Positions 29,991 through 39,648 of a stretch of DNA of 64,000 nt are shown here, in pieces. This DNA comes from an uncultured Acidobacteriota bacterium (GTDB lineage: Bacteria; Acidobacteriota; UBA6911; RPQK01; JAPXNP01). The stretch is taken from NCBI GenBank assembly GCA_963777605.1, contig CAVZRV010000007.1, positions 1,056,001 to 1,120,000 of the forward strand. Direction: 5' to 3'. Position 1 is the stretch's first letter; every line of letters starts with the position of its first letter. The translations under genes and the position numbers were made by a program. The notes beneath the pieces were generated by a model. The model saw only the letters and a list, made by a program, of their open reading frames with translations. It had not been told where the DNA came from and did no database searches.

Positions 29991-31523
29991 ATGAGTTCAG
30001 ATAAGCAGTTCACTCCTGAGGACCTCAGGAAGTTTCTTCAGGAGAAGTTTGGCTCGGGCATTCAGGTCGGAGTTGCGCCTCAGGCGCAGACCGCCGAAAC
30101 CGACGACGCGGAAGAGCGTGAAGCCCGGCGGCAGCAGGCGCTGGAATTTCGATACAAGCCGAGCGATATCAAGAAGTACCTGGACCGTTTCGTGATTCGC
30201 CAGGATGATGCCAAGAAGGTCCTGGCGACAGCGATTTGCGATCACTACCACCACCTCCAGGACTCGACTGCGGAGGAGAACTGGCGCGATTACAAGAAGC
30301 AGAACATCATTCTGATCGGCCCGACAGGAGTGGGAAAGACCTACCTGGTTCAGAACATCGCCCGCCTGATCGGGGTGCCCTTCGTGAAGGCTGATGCCAC
30401 CAAGTTCAGCGAAACCGGATATGTCGGCGGGGATGTCGAGGATCTGGTCCGGGAACTCGTGGCCCAGGCCAACGGGGATGTGGCTCTGGCCGAATGCGGC
30501 ATCGTCTACCTGGACGAGATCGACAAGATTGCCGCCCCGAGCAATGCCGTCGGCCGGGACGTCAGCGGCCACGGAGTGCAGCGCAACCTCCTCAAGCTGA
30601 TGGAGGAAACCGAGGTTCCGCTCCGTTCGTCAACCGACATTGCGGGCCAGATGCAGGCTCTGGTCGAGTTCCAGACCCGGGGCAAGGTTGAGAAGAAGAC
30701 CATCAATACCCGCCACATCCTGTTCATCGTCAGCGGGGCCTTCTCGGGCCTGACCGACATCATCAAGCGGAGGATCGGTTCGAAGCAGATCGGGTTCATG
30801 GGTGACAAACTGAACGCTGATGAAGAGCACCGTCTCTTCGAGCGGGTGCGGGCCATCGATTTCATCGAGTACGGGTTCGAGGCTGAGTTTGCCGGACGGT
30901 TGCCGGTCGTGGTGCACACCAGCCCACTCTCGGTGGACGACCTGTTCGATGTCGCCAAGTTTTCGGAGGGATCCATCCTCAAGCAGTACCGGAACGACTT
31001 CAAGTCGTACGGGGTGGACATCTACTTCAAGGACGACGGGATGCGGGCGATCGCCGAGATGGCGGCGACGGAGCAGACGGGAGCGCGCGGGCTGATGTCG
31101 GTCTGCGAGAAGATTTTCCGTGACTTCAAGTACCATCTTCCGGACTCCGACGCTAAGGAGTTCGTGGTAACCGCCGAAGTGGTCCACAATCCAGGAGGGA
31201 AACTGGCGGAGCTCCTCGAGACCCCCTCTCTTTACACCGCCGAGGTCCTCAACTGGAAGCTGGAACGTTTCCAGGATGAAATCCAGAAGGATTTCGGAGT
31301 GCGGATCCGTTTCACCGAGGATGGCGCAGCCGCCGTTCTGGGCAAGGCGCGCGAGGAGAACCGGGATGTCGGTGCGATCTGCCGGGAAATCTTCAGCAGT
31401 TACGAGCACGCCCTGAAGCTGCTCAACAAGCGATCGGTGGACACTGAGTTCGCGGTTGAAGCCGAGTTGATCGAGAATCCCGGCACCGTTTTTGAGCGGT
31501 GGATCCGGGAGTCGTACGGGTGA
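29991..31523 (+). CDS. ClpX-like AAA+ ATPase without zinc-binding domain
   Basis: GPTGVGKT, GYVG pore loop, YLDEIDKI, RDVSG.GVQ, IGF loop, TGARGL. Confidence 0.9.
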   Translation: MSSDKQFTPEDLRKFLQEKFGSGIQVGVAPQAQTAETDDAEEREARRQQALEFRYKPSDIKKYLDRFVIRQDDAKKVLATAICDHYHHLQDSTAEENWRDYKKQNIILIGPTGVGKTYLVQNIARLIGVPFVKADATKFSETGYVGGDVEDLVRELVAQANGDVALAECGIVYLDEIDKIAAPSNAVGRDVSGHGVQRNLLKLMEETEVPLRSSTDIAGQMQALVEFQTRGKVEKKTINTRHILFIVSGAFSGLTDIIKRRIGSKQIGFMGDKLNADEEHRLFERVRAIDFIEYGFEAEFAGRLPVVVHTSPLSVDDLFDVAKFSEGSILKQYRNDFKSYGVDIYFKDDGMRAIAEMAATEQTGARGLMSVCEKIFRDFKYHLPDSDAKEFVVTAEVVHNPGGKLAELLETPSLYTAEVLNWKLERFQDEIQKDFGVRIRFTEDGAAAVLGKAREENRDVGAICREIFSSYEHALKLLNKRSVDTEFAVEAELIENPGTVFERWIRESYG

Positions 31524-31657
31524 CCGGTTTCCCTGGCCGACCGGCGTCAGCCGGGGTGAAAAGGGCTTGATCTGGACACCCGGCGGTGCGACTATTCCTG
31601 CTTTTGCGCCGTGCTATACTTTGGTTTCTTGTAAATCCGCTACGGAGGAAACGCTCG

Positions 31658-33565
31658 ATGCTTCACCTGTTTCGTCGAAAGAAAGAATGGTTGCGGTGGG
31701 TGATGTTGGGGGTGATCATCGCCATCGGACTCACCACCGTACTGCTTTTTGTCAATACCCCGCAAGGGCTTCAGACGACTCTCGGCAACCGTGAAGTTGC
31801 CGTGGTTGCCGACCAGCCCATCTCCGCTGCGGAATTCGGGCGTTTCTACAGCCGGATGCTCGACATGTACCGGCAGATGTACAACCTGGACAAGCAGGAT
31901 CCGGCCGTGCTGAAGCAGCTTCGGATCGGAGACACCGCCCTGAACCAGTTGATCCGCCAGTACGCCACTTCCTATGCGGCCAGGCAGATGGGCCTGGGCG
32001 TTGCTCCGGAGGAACTGGTTTCACAGATCTCTCGCCTGTTCCAGGAAAACGGTACGTTCATTGGAACCGAACGCTACAAGCAGATTCTGCGCTCGAACAA
32101 CATGTCTTCCAACGAGTTCGAGGCAGCCATGAAGCGCGATCTGCTGGCCGAGAAATTTCGCGAAATCGTGACCGACGGTGTCATCGCCACGCCCTCGGAA
32201 ATCAGGCAGCGATTTCTGGAGACCAACCAGAAAGTCAAGGTCGAGTACGTCAGTTTCGATCCTGCGAAGCTGGTTGCCGACAAGATTCCCGAAGACAAGC
32301 TGCAGCAGTACTACGACGAGCACAAAGAGGAATTCCGCGAGGACGAGCAGCGACAGGTCACTCTGCTGACAGTCTACGTCAAGCCGACCGACGTCAAGGT
32401 AACCGAGGATCAGATTCAGGCCGAGTTGGCGAACATTCCCAACGAAGAGCAGGTTCACGCCCGGCACATTCTGATCCGGACCGATCCAACCCCCTCCGAG
32501 GAGGAGTTGGCCGCCGCCCGCAAGAAAGCGGAGGACATTCTGAAGCAGTTGCACCAGGGTGCTGACTTTGCCGAGATGGCGCGCAAGTACTCGGATGACA
32601 CGGCAAGCGCTGCCAAGGGAGGCGACCTGGGTTTCTTCGGGCGCGGTCAGATGGTTCCGGAGTTCGAGAAGGTGGCCTTCAGTCTCAAGCCCGGGCAGAT
32701 CAGCGACGTCATCAAGTCCCCATTCGGCTTCCACATTATCCAGACGCTGGCCATCTCGGGCCAGGGAGACACGACGCGGCGTCCCGCTGCCGAGTTCAAT
32801 GCCCGGCTGAAGGAAGCTCAGAAGGAAACCGTGGCTCTGGCCGGCAAAATTGAGCAGGAACTGAAGGATGGTAAATCGCTCGAGGAAGTGGCGAAGGAGC
32901 ATTCCTTCGAGACCGTCAATAGCGGGTTCTTCACCCGGGCCGACGGCCTGACCATGATCGGTGGAGGCCGGGCGTTGACGGACCAGATTTTCAACCTCTC
33001 CGTCGGCGGTGTTACTCCGCCCCAGGAAACGGCGGCCGGCGATACCATCGCCCGCCTCGACGATATCAAGGCTTCAAGCATTCCGCCTTTGGCCGAGATC
33101 AAGGAGCAGGTGATCGAGCAGTACAGGCAGCAGGAGGGGAACTCGATGGCCCGGGAGAAGGCCTTTGATTTCTTCCACGCTGCCGAAAAGACGAAATCGC
33201 TTGACGAAACTGCCAAACAGGAAAAGCTTCCTTCGGTGAAGACCGATTTCTTCACCAAGGGCGCCAACGTGGACGACACCTTGCGCTTTTCGCCGGAAGT
33301 TCACGAGCAGGCCTTCACGCTCCCCGTCGGCGGGATCAGTACTCCGATCCTGGTTGCGGGGAAGTACGTTGTCTTCGAAGTCCTGGAAAAGAGTGAAGTC
33401 AACGAGGCCGATTTCGAAACGGCCAAGGCGCAACTGGCTGAACAGTTGACCAACGAGAAGCGGACGGAGTTCTTCAACGCGTACGTACAGAACGTGGTGG
33501 ACAAGCTCCAGAGCGAACAAAAGATCGTGATCAACCGCCAACTGCTCGACGACCTGACCAGCTAG
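31658..33565 (+). CDS. PpiD/SurA-like peptidyl-prolyl isomerase chaperone
   Basis: N-terminal TM; parvulin motifs VHARHILI, GGDLGFF.RGQMVPEFE, SPFGFHII. Confidence 0.9.
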   Translation: MLHLFRRKKEWLRWVMLGVIIAIGLTTVLLFVNTPQGLQTTLGNREVAVVADQPISAAEFGRFYSRMLDMYRQMYNLDKQDPAVLKQLRIGDTALNQLIRQYATSYAARQMGLGVAPEELVSQISRLFQENGTFIGTERYKQILRSNNMSSNEFEAAMKRDLLAEKFREIVTDGVIATPSEIRQRFLETNQKVKVEYVSFDPAKLVADKIPEDKLQQYYDEHKEEFREDEQRQVTLLTVYVKPTDVKVTEDQIQAELANIPNEEQVHARHILIRTDPTPSEEELAAARKKAEDILKQLHQGADFAEMARKYSDDTASAAKGGDLGFFGRGQMVPEFEKVAFSLKPGQISDVIKSPFGFHIIQTLAISGQGDTTRRPAAEFNARLKEAQKETVALAGKIEQELKDGKSLEEVAKEHSFETVNSGFFTRADGLTMIGGGRALTDQIFNLSVGGVTPPQETAAGDTIARLDDIKASSIPPLAEIKEQVIEQYRQQEGNSMAREKAFDFFHAAEKTKSLDETAKQEKLPSVKTDFFTKGANVDDTLRFSPEVHEQAFTLPVGGISTPILVAGKYVVFEVLEKSEVNEADFETAKAQLAEQLTNEKRTEFFNAYVQNVVDKLQSEQKIVINRQLLDDLTS

Positions 33566-33590
33566 CCGGCGACGAACGGTTCTCAAATCG

Positions 33591-33626
33591 GCAGACTCCC
33601 CGGTTTGCTCAAGCTGGGGAGTTTGC
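33591..33626 (+). terminator. Hairpin after the PpiD-like gene
   Basis: 16-bp stem with G-U pairs and GCTC loop; no clear U tract. Confidence 0.4.
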
Positions 33627-33653
33627 GGTAGACTCTTGATTCTTCGATTGCGT

Positions 33654-33729
33654 GGGGCTGTAGCTCAGCTGGAAGAGTACCTGAATGGCATTCAGGGGGC
33701 CACGGGTTCGAATCCCGTCAGCTCCACCA
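33654..33729 (+). tRNA. tRNA-Ala(GGC)
   Basis: 76 nt; GGGGCTG/CAGCTCC acceptor stem with G3:U70; CCTGA-ATGGCAT-TCAGG anticodon arm; GGTTCGAATCC; encoded CCA. Confidence 0.97.
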
Positions 33730-33869
33730 ACCTGTTCAATAGTTTACGGTGACAACCCCAACCCACCAAAAGTCACCGGGTGCGGATAGGGAGCAGGCAG
33801 CAGAATTGTACAGAAAGTCGGCGGTGCAGGGCATCCTTGCGCACAACAGGTGCATGCGGATTTACGACT

Positions 33870-36455
33870 CTAGAACCGAACGGAATGTTTCCCTGTTGAC
33901 AGTACACCGGCGCCCGAGGTTGTGGGAAAGTTCAATCGAACCTGAATCCCTTCCGGCACTTCCACCTGGAGGTGGCCCTCCTTCAGGTTCCACCGCACGG
34001 ACAACCTGCCGGCAGGAGTCGGCAGGGAGCCCTCGATCTCGCTGAGACCGCACTCCGGACGCGAAAGTTCGACCTCCCTCAAGCCGGGTTTCAGGGGGCG
34101 GATACCCAAGACATATTGACCGAACAGTGCGGGCGGGAAGGCACTCTCCGTCTGCGCGTCGCTGCGGGTGCGCTTCACGAACCTGCCGGTTCGGCCGGTG
34201 CCGTCGAGCCACCACTCCTCCCAAAGCGTCTGATTGGTTTCAGGAAGCAGCATCTTGCCGAAGCGCTTCTCGAGCAGAGCCAGCGATTCCTTCACAAAGC
34301 CGTATCGGCACAACCCGGCATGGAGGAACCAGGACATGGCGGGAGTCACCATGGTCATTCCACCGTCACGCCGGATGTAACTGCCGTCATCATCCAGGAG
34401 CAGTTGAGCGGCGATCGCTCTGGCCTGCTCGCCGGTCGCAATTCCCATCGCGAGTGCCATGGCATTGGTCTGCTCACTGAACATGCCAGACTGCTTCTGA
34501 TCAACCAGTGCATCGCTGAAGAGTTGTCTTTCCGGGTTCCAGAACTTCTCTCGAAGAGCCTGGCGCAATCTCCCCGCCCTGAATCTGAATTCGTCCGCCC
34601 CCGACTCCTCCAGCCATTCGAGCAGATCAGCAAAGCTCTCCAGTGCTCCCAGGTACTGTCCGTTCATACAGAAGTTGGCGCCGCGCCGGTCGATCAGTGC
34701 ATGGTCCAGCCAGTAGGGATAGGGCGGGTTGTCGAGCAGCCCCAGTTCATTCGTGTAGGCGATCAACAGGGACATCAGCTTCCGTCCGGCGGGGAGCAAC
34801 TCCCGGGCAATCGCGTCGTCGCCGGAATAGAGCAGATAGTCCCGCAGCCCGCGAAGCCAGGCCGTGTTCGAATCCAGGATGACCATGTAATCGTCCCCAA
34901 AGCGGGGAGCGTAAGCCGGCATCATGCCATTGGCTTCCTGTTCCTCGGCCGCCTGTTTCAAACAGCGGCGTTGCAGGGCCAGATCTCCATAGGTCCAGTA
35001 ATTGCCCAAGGCGGCGTAGTAGGCGGTCTGCACGTACTGTCGGCGTTCCCGATAGTTGTCCGTGTAAGCGTCGGTTGTGCAGACTTGAATCGTTTTTGCA
35101 GCCGCCTTCCAGCAGGCTTCAAGCCATGGGTTTCCCGGCGTTCGAAGACTCCCTTTCAGATCAAAGGGATAGGCCATCTGATGGATTCCGATCTCACGCA
35201 GGGTCACCGGACCGGTGGCTCCGCGGATAACGATGCCCATAAAACGTGTCGGCTTGAAATAGGTAGCCTCCCACCGGTCCCGCCTTCCGGAGAGAACGAC
35301 GCGGTCGATCCATTGCGAATCGACGATGTTGGCGGTGAACCGATCACCAACGATGTAAGGCCCACACATCACGTCAACGACTGTACCCGCCGGCCCCTCG
35401 ATGTCGAGCCTCGGCATCCCGTTGAGGACAGTTCCCAGGTCATAAAGCAGAAACCAGCCTTCGCCACGAGCGGGTGGAATCACCAGGGAGCCGCTTCTGT
35501 CGAATGCCTGCTGGATGGCCGGGTCGATCCGACTGGTCAGGGCCACTGCCTTGATGATTCTGATCCCGTCTTTCTCCGGCATGCCAAATTCGAAAGCCTC
35601 GTCGGCAATCGGCAGGGCCTCGACCGGACGGGGAGTGGCCACATCCCGTTCTTTCAGGTAAGGAATATCGCGGCGCTCGAGCAGGGTCCAGGGCGGAGTC
35701 AGAGCGTGCGGTTTCGAGTCGGGCTGGGGAGCAGGCCAGCCGACGTTACGCATCAAAGGGGTAGCCCGATCCCACCCGGAATCATCATATCCGATGGATT
35801 TCCAATCCCCCGGCCGTCGACGCAGATCCACCCGGTCACACAGTTCCGGGTGAAAACGGCTCATGCGCGGCGAAGACGCATCCCAGGCCGGGTCTGCCAG
35901 GACCCGCCAACTTCGATCCGTGGCGATCGTCTTTTCCAGACCACCCAAATCCACATCCAGTTGGGCCAGCAGACCGGCCCGGCCGCTATGATGGTACGAG
36001 ACCGTACCCTCCTGGTAATGCACACGGACCGCCAGGGTGTTGCGGCCTTCCCTGAGTTCCTGCGTGACGTCAATATCATCGTAAGACTGATGGTGCGGGG
36101 CACAGCGCGCCGGACCGCGGCCGACGTAGCGGTCATTGACGTAAAGCTGGTAAACGGAGCTGGCTGTGATCCGAAGGCGGGCCGTTTCGGGAGCCTGGTG
36201 AAGCGTGAACTCGCGACGGGCGAGCAGCATCGAAGGTGCGGGTTCCCCGCCGAGCCAGATCCACTGGGCCAGCCAGCCTTCCTGCTTTACTTCAGTTTCT
36301 TGCTGGGCCTGCGCAGGCTCTGACCCACGGGTTCCTGCGGTCAGAAAAAGCAGCAGGAAGGAGCCGGCTAAAGCTTTGGTGCCACGAAGCAAGGCGTTCA
36401 CGTTTGAACTCCTCCGTCTCGGCACGAAGGCATGTCCGGTACGAAGCTCCGTCAT
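33870..36455 (-). CDS. GH78 alpha-L-rhamnosidase-like glycoside hydrolase
   Basis: AQWIW, ITASSVYQLYVN..VGRGP, YDLG, D..RERRQY, TLWEEW, LPTPAG.LSVRW. Confidence 0.85.
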   Translation of the reverse strand: MTELRTGHAFVPRRRSSNVNALLRGTKALAGSFLLLFLTAGTRGSEPAQAQQETEVKQEGWLAQWIWLGGEPAPSMLLARREFTLHQAPETARLRITASSVYQLYVNDRYVGRGPARCAPHHQSYDDIDVTQELREGRNTLAVRVHYQEGTVSYHHSGRAGLLAQLDVDLGGLEKTIATDRSWRVLADPAWDASSPRMSRFHPELCDRVDLRRRPGDWKSIGYDDSGWDRATPLMRNVGWPAPQPDSKPHALTPPWTLLERRDIPYLKERDVATPRPVEALPIADEAFEFGMPEKDGIRIIKAVALTSRIDPAIQQAFDRSGSLVIPPARGEGWFLLYDLGTVLNGMPRLDIEGPAGTVVDVMCGPYIVGDRFTANIVDSQWIDRVVLSGRRDRWEATYFKPTRFMGIVIRGATGPVTLREIGIHQMAYPFDLKGSLRTPGNPWLEACWKAAAKTIQVCTTDAYTDNYRERRQYVQTAYYAALGNYWTYGDLALQRRCLKQAAEEQEANGMMPAYAPRFGDDYMVILDSNTAWLRGLRDYLLYSGDDAIARELLPAGRKLMSLLIAYTNELGLLDNPPYPYWLDHALIDRRGANFCMNGQYLGALESFADLLEWLEESGADEFRFRAGRLRQALREKFWNPERQLFSDALVDQKQSGMFSEQTNAMALAMGIATGEQARAIAAQLLLDDDGSYIRRDGGMTMVTPAMSWFLHAGLCRYGFVKESLALLEKRFGKMLLPETNQTLWEEWWLDGTGRTGRFVKRTRSDAQTESAFPPALFGQYVLGIRPLKPGLREVELSRPECGLSEIEGSLPTPAGRLSVRWNLKEGHLQVEVPEGIQVRLNFPTTSGAGVLSTGKHSVRF

Positions 36456-36534
36456 GAACGTTTTCCTCCTGCAGGGGAGACTACCCTATTCTTGTGCGGT
36501 TGTGCCATGCTGCAGAAGAAGGAGATCCGACAAG

Positions 36535-36783
36535 ATGGGACTGAACCGCTTCAGACGGGCTGTGATAGGAATCGTGGTTGCCGGTTTGGTGTTTTGCGCG
36601 GCTCCAGCGGAAAGGAGGGACTCACCGCAAACGATGTCACTCGACGGGGTCTGGGAGATCGCCTTTGACCCGGACAACGTCGGACGGCGTGCAGGCTGGA
36701 GCGATGACGCCGTCTTTGCGTCCTTTGCCGGTCGACGGCGGATCCCTGTCCCAATCTGTTGGGAACTTCACGAGGCCGGTTGA
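36535..36783 (+). pseudogene. 5' stub of an exported GH2-like glycoside hydrolase
   Basis: Signal peptide then MSLDGVWEIAFDPDNVG...IPVP.CW; stops after 82 codons. Confidence 0.6.
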
Positions 36784-36812
36784 TTCAGGACCGCGCGTGT
36801 CGAGCGGAAGCT

Positions 36813-38159
36813 TCAACAACCGGGACCGGATTTCCCTGCGTGCGGGTGTAACGGCAGGATCAGTCGGGCTTCACAACCCGGGCCGTCGTTGCGGTTATCA
36901 AGTGTCATACTGCCGCCGTGGGTTTCAACAATCTGACGCGACACTACCAATCCGATTCCGGAACCATTGGGCTTCGTAGTAAAGAACGGTACAAAAAGAT
37001 TACCCGTACTGGGCAAGCCGGGGCCCTCGTCCTTAACGGAGATTTCAACAGAACGCCCGTCAACCCTCCAGCTGACTTCAACGCCTCCGCCGGTTTCAAT
37101 CGCAGCATCGACGGCATTCCGGATCAGATTGATCAACACCTGCTCAATCTGGTCTGCATCAGCGAGGACGGACACGGAAGGCCCGGGTGAGATCGCAACC
37201 TTGATTCGTGTCTCAAGCTCGGTGGCGGAGCGAACGCACGAAGCGAGGTCCATCTTGCCGAGCTGAGGTCGGGGCAGACGGGCCAGTTTGGAATAGGACG
37301 CCGTGAACCGACCCAGGGCTGCCGTTCGAGAGGCGATCACCTGGAGTCCACGCCGCATGTCCGCTTTCCATGCATCGGGATGCTCATTCTGGGACAACAT
37401 CTTTTCGAGGCTGCCCGCGATTGACTTAATTGGAGTCAGTGAGTTGTTGAGCTCGTGCCCAAGGACCCGGATCAGACGTTGCCAGGCCTCCCGTTCCTGT
37501 TCTCGCAGCGGACCACTCATGTCGGAGAGAACGAGCAACTCATGCGGCCGCCCCTTTTCGCGGAAGATCGTTCGATGGACGGCCCACCGTCCACGTCTCC
37601 CGGCGAACTCCCTGTCCAGAGTTGAGAGCGGTTGAGCGGTGAGGCAATCCTCCAACTGGACGTCAGCAGCGCTTCGACCAAGGACATCTATTGCCGATTT
37701 GAGGAGCAGTCTTTCCCCTGCGGGATTGATCAGACGCAGGCGCCGGTGAGCGTCAAAAGCGAACACCGCCACATCGATTTCATTCATCACCTTCTTGAGC
37801 AGGGCCCCCGCTTCGACAGCGCCAAGACGTTCGCGATGCAGCGTATCGCTCAAGGTATTCAGTTCCCGCACAAGTTCGGTGAGCCCTGATCCTTTCCGCG
37901 CAGAACGAGGGCGAACTGAAAAATCCCCTTCCCGGAGAGCCGCGATAATGTTGGAAAGGGTTTGCATTTCAAAGATCACACGGCCTCTAACCGCGACCGG
38001 GAGGCCGACCCAGAGCCCCAGGATCAGCAGGGTTAAAGTCCACCGGGATTCGATCGTATAGCCTCCTGTCCAGAGCAGGGCAATTGAGACAACTGCGGCG
38101 GGAAGTCCGGCTGCCAGTGCGAGGAGGAAGAGGCGGGATTCGAAGGTCGGTTTCTTCAC
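36813..38159 (-). CDS. Sensor histidine kinase (NtrY-like)
   Basis: 2 TM; H-box LGHELNNSLTPI, N-box NLIRNA, DEGPG, FFTTK, GSGIGL. Confidence 0.93.
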   Translation of the reverse strand: MKKPTFESRLFLLALAAGLPAAVVSIALLWTGGYTIESRWTLTLLILGLWVGLPVAVRGRVIFEMQTLSNIIAALREGDFSVRPRSARKGSGLTELVRELNTLSDTLHRERLGAVEAGALLKKVMNEIDVAVFAFDAHRRLRLINPAGERLLLKSAIDVLGRSAADVQLEDCLTAQPLSTLDREFAGRRGRWAVHRTIFREKGRPHELLVLSDMSGPLREQEREAWQRLIRVLGHELNNSLTPIKSIAGSLEKMLSQNEHPDAWKADMRRGLQVIASRTAALGRFTASYSKLARLPRPQLGKMDLASCVRSATELETRIKVAISPGPSVSVLADADQIEQVLINLIRNAVDAAIETGGGVEVSWRVDGRSVEISVKDEGPGLPSTGNLFVPFFTTKPNGSGIGLVVSRQIVETHGGSMTLDNRNDGPGCEARLILPLHPHAGKSGPGC

Positions 38160-39526
38160 AGTCCGTACTTTTCCATCCGACGGTAAAGTGCACTACGGCT
38201 CAGGCCCAGCGACTCGGCGGCTTCACTGACGTTTCCATTCGTTCGTTTCAGGACTCTCGAAATGACGAGACGCTCCGCTTTCTCGAGAGTCATCTCCTCC
38301 AGTCTTTCCAGCTTCTCTTCCCCGCCGACAAGCCCAAGCTCGTCGGCATGAATCACCTCGCCGCGGGCCATCAAGATGGTCCGTTCCACGACGTGATCGA
38401 GTTCACGCACATTCCCGGGCCAGGAGTATCTCGTCAATTCATTCAGCGCCGGTCTGTCGAACCTCGCCGCGCCTTTCTGATACTTCTGCGAATACTGGCC
38501 CAAGAAGTGCGTCGCAAGGCGCGGAATGTCTTCTCGTCGATCCCGCAGCGGTGGCAGGTGGATGTTCACGGTATTCAAGCGAAACAACAGATCTTCCCGG
38601 AATCGTCCTTCACGGACGGCTGTCTTCAGGTCGGCGTTCGTTGCCGAAATAATGCGGGTGTTTACCCGAATCGTCCTGGAGGAACCAACCCGCTCCATCT
38701 CGCCTGTTTCCAATACTCTGAGGAGGTTGGCCTGCTGGCTCATGGGAATATTGGCGATTTCATCCAGGAAGAGGGTCCCCTGGTCGGCAAGTTCGAATCG
38801 GCCGACCCGGTCCGTCCTGGCGTCGGTAAAGGCCCCTTTGACATGTCCGAAGAGTTCACTCAGGAAGAGGGTCTCGGAAAGACCACCGAGATTGACCGTA
38901 ATCAACGGCCGAGAAGCTCGCTGAGACGCCGCATGGAGTGCTCGTGCGATCACTTCCTTTCCCGTCCCGTGTTCGCCGGTGATCAGGACATTGGCGTCAG
39001 AGGGGCCAACCCGGTCAATGAGGGCCAGAACCGGTTGCATGGCAGGCGAGCTCGCAATCAGAGTGACCGGCTGCTCGGAACGAAGCAACGCGTTCTCCGC
39101 CTCGAGACGAAGCCCCTGACGCAGTGCCTGGCAAAGTTCCACCTGGGTCCTCAAAACGGAAAGCAAACGCTCGTTGTCCCAGGGTTTCTGGATGAAATCC
39201 CGGGCCCCAAAACGCATCGCTTCGACTGCTACCTCTACGCTGCCCCAGGCTGTCATCACAACCACCGGAAGTGTACTGTCCAGCGCTTGGAGCTTGGCCA
39301 GCAGGTCCAGCCCCTCACGCCCGGACGTAGTGTCCCTTGCGTAATTGAGGTCCATCAGGACGACGTCGAAATCCTTGCTTTTGACCGCTTCCAGGACCGC
39401 CCGAGGAGACTGGACCCCTTCAATCTGATACTCCTCCGACCGGAGGAGCAGACGAAGGGATTCCAGGACGTCCACCTGGTCATCGGCAAGCAATATACGG
39501 GGCTCGGACGCGCCACGAGTAGTCAT
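38156..39526 (-). CDS. Sigma54-dependent response regulator
   Basis: Receiver domain (LADD, LMD, QKP), GEHGTGKE, ELFGHVKGAFTDA, WPGNVREL, Fis HTH. Confidence 0.95.
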   Translation of the reverse strand: MTTRGASEPRILLADDQVDVLESLRLLLRSEEYQIEGVQSPRAVLEAVKSKDFDVVLMDLNYARDTTSGREGLDLLAKLQALDSTLPVVVMTAWGSVEVAVEAMRFGARDFIQKPWDNERLLSVLRTQVELCQALRQGLRLEAENALLRSEQPVTLIASSPAMQPVLALIDRVGPSDANVLITGEHGTGKEVIARALHAASQRASRPLITVNLGGLSETLFLSELFGHVKGAFTDARTDRVGRFELADQGTLFLDEIANIPMSQQANLLRVLETGEMERVGSSRTIRVNTRIISATNADLKTAVREGRFREDLLFRLNTVNIHLPPLRDRREDIPRLATHFLGQYSQKYQKGAARFDRPALNELTRYSWPGNVRELDHVVERTILMARGEVIHADELGLVGGEEKLERLEEMTLEKAERLVISRVLKRTNGNVSEAAESLGLSRSALYRRMEKYGL

Positions 39527-39648
39527 GACCTTCCGCCATCAACATTACACCGCAGGTCACCGTTTTGCGAGACCATCAGCCGCTCTCCAGCCAGCCGTCC
39601 CGCAAGGGGATCATGCGGTTGCCGAAGGGCAGATTTCAGATCATTCAT
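39523..39648 (-). pseudogene. Stub of a second ADOP permease paralogue
   Basis: MNDLKSALRQ; 26 of 30 nt identical to the permease start at 42130. Confidence 0.6.

Noticed and set aside
33972-36323. 783-aa ORF antisense to GH78 (likewise 38084..40126, 27885..29249, 61899..63437 and others)
   Set aside because: Shadow ORFs expected from high-GC codon bias; no motifs, and the opposite strand carries clear genes
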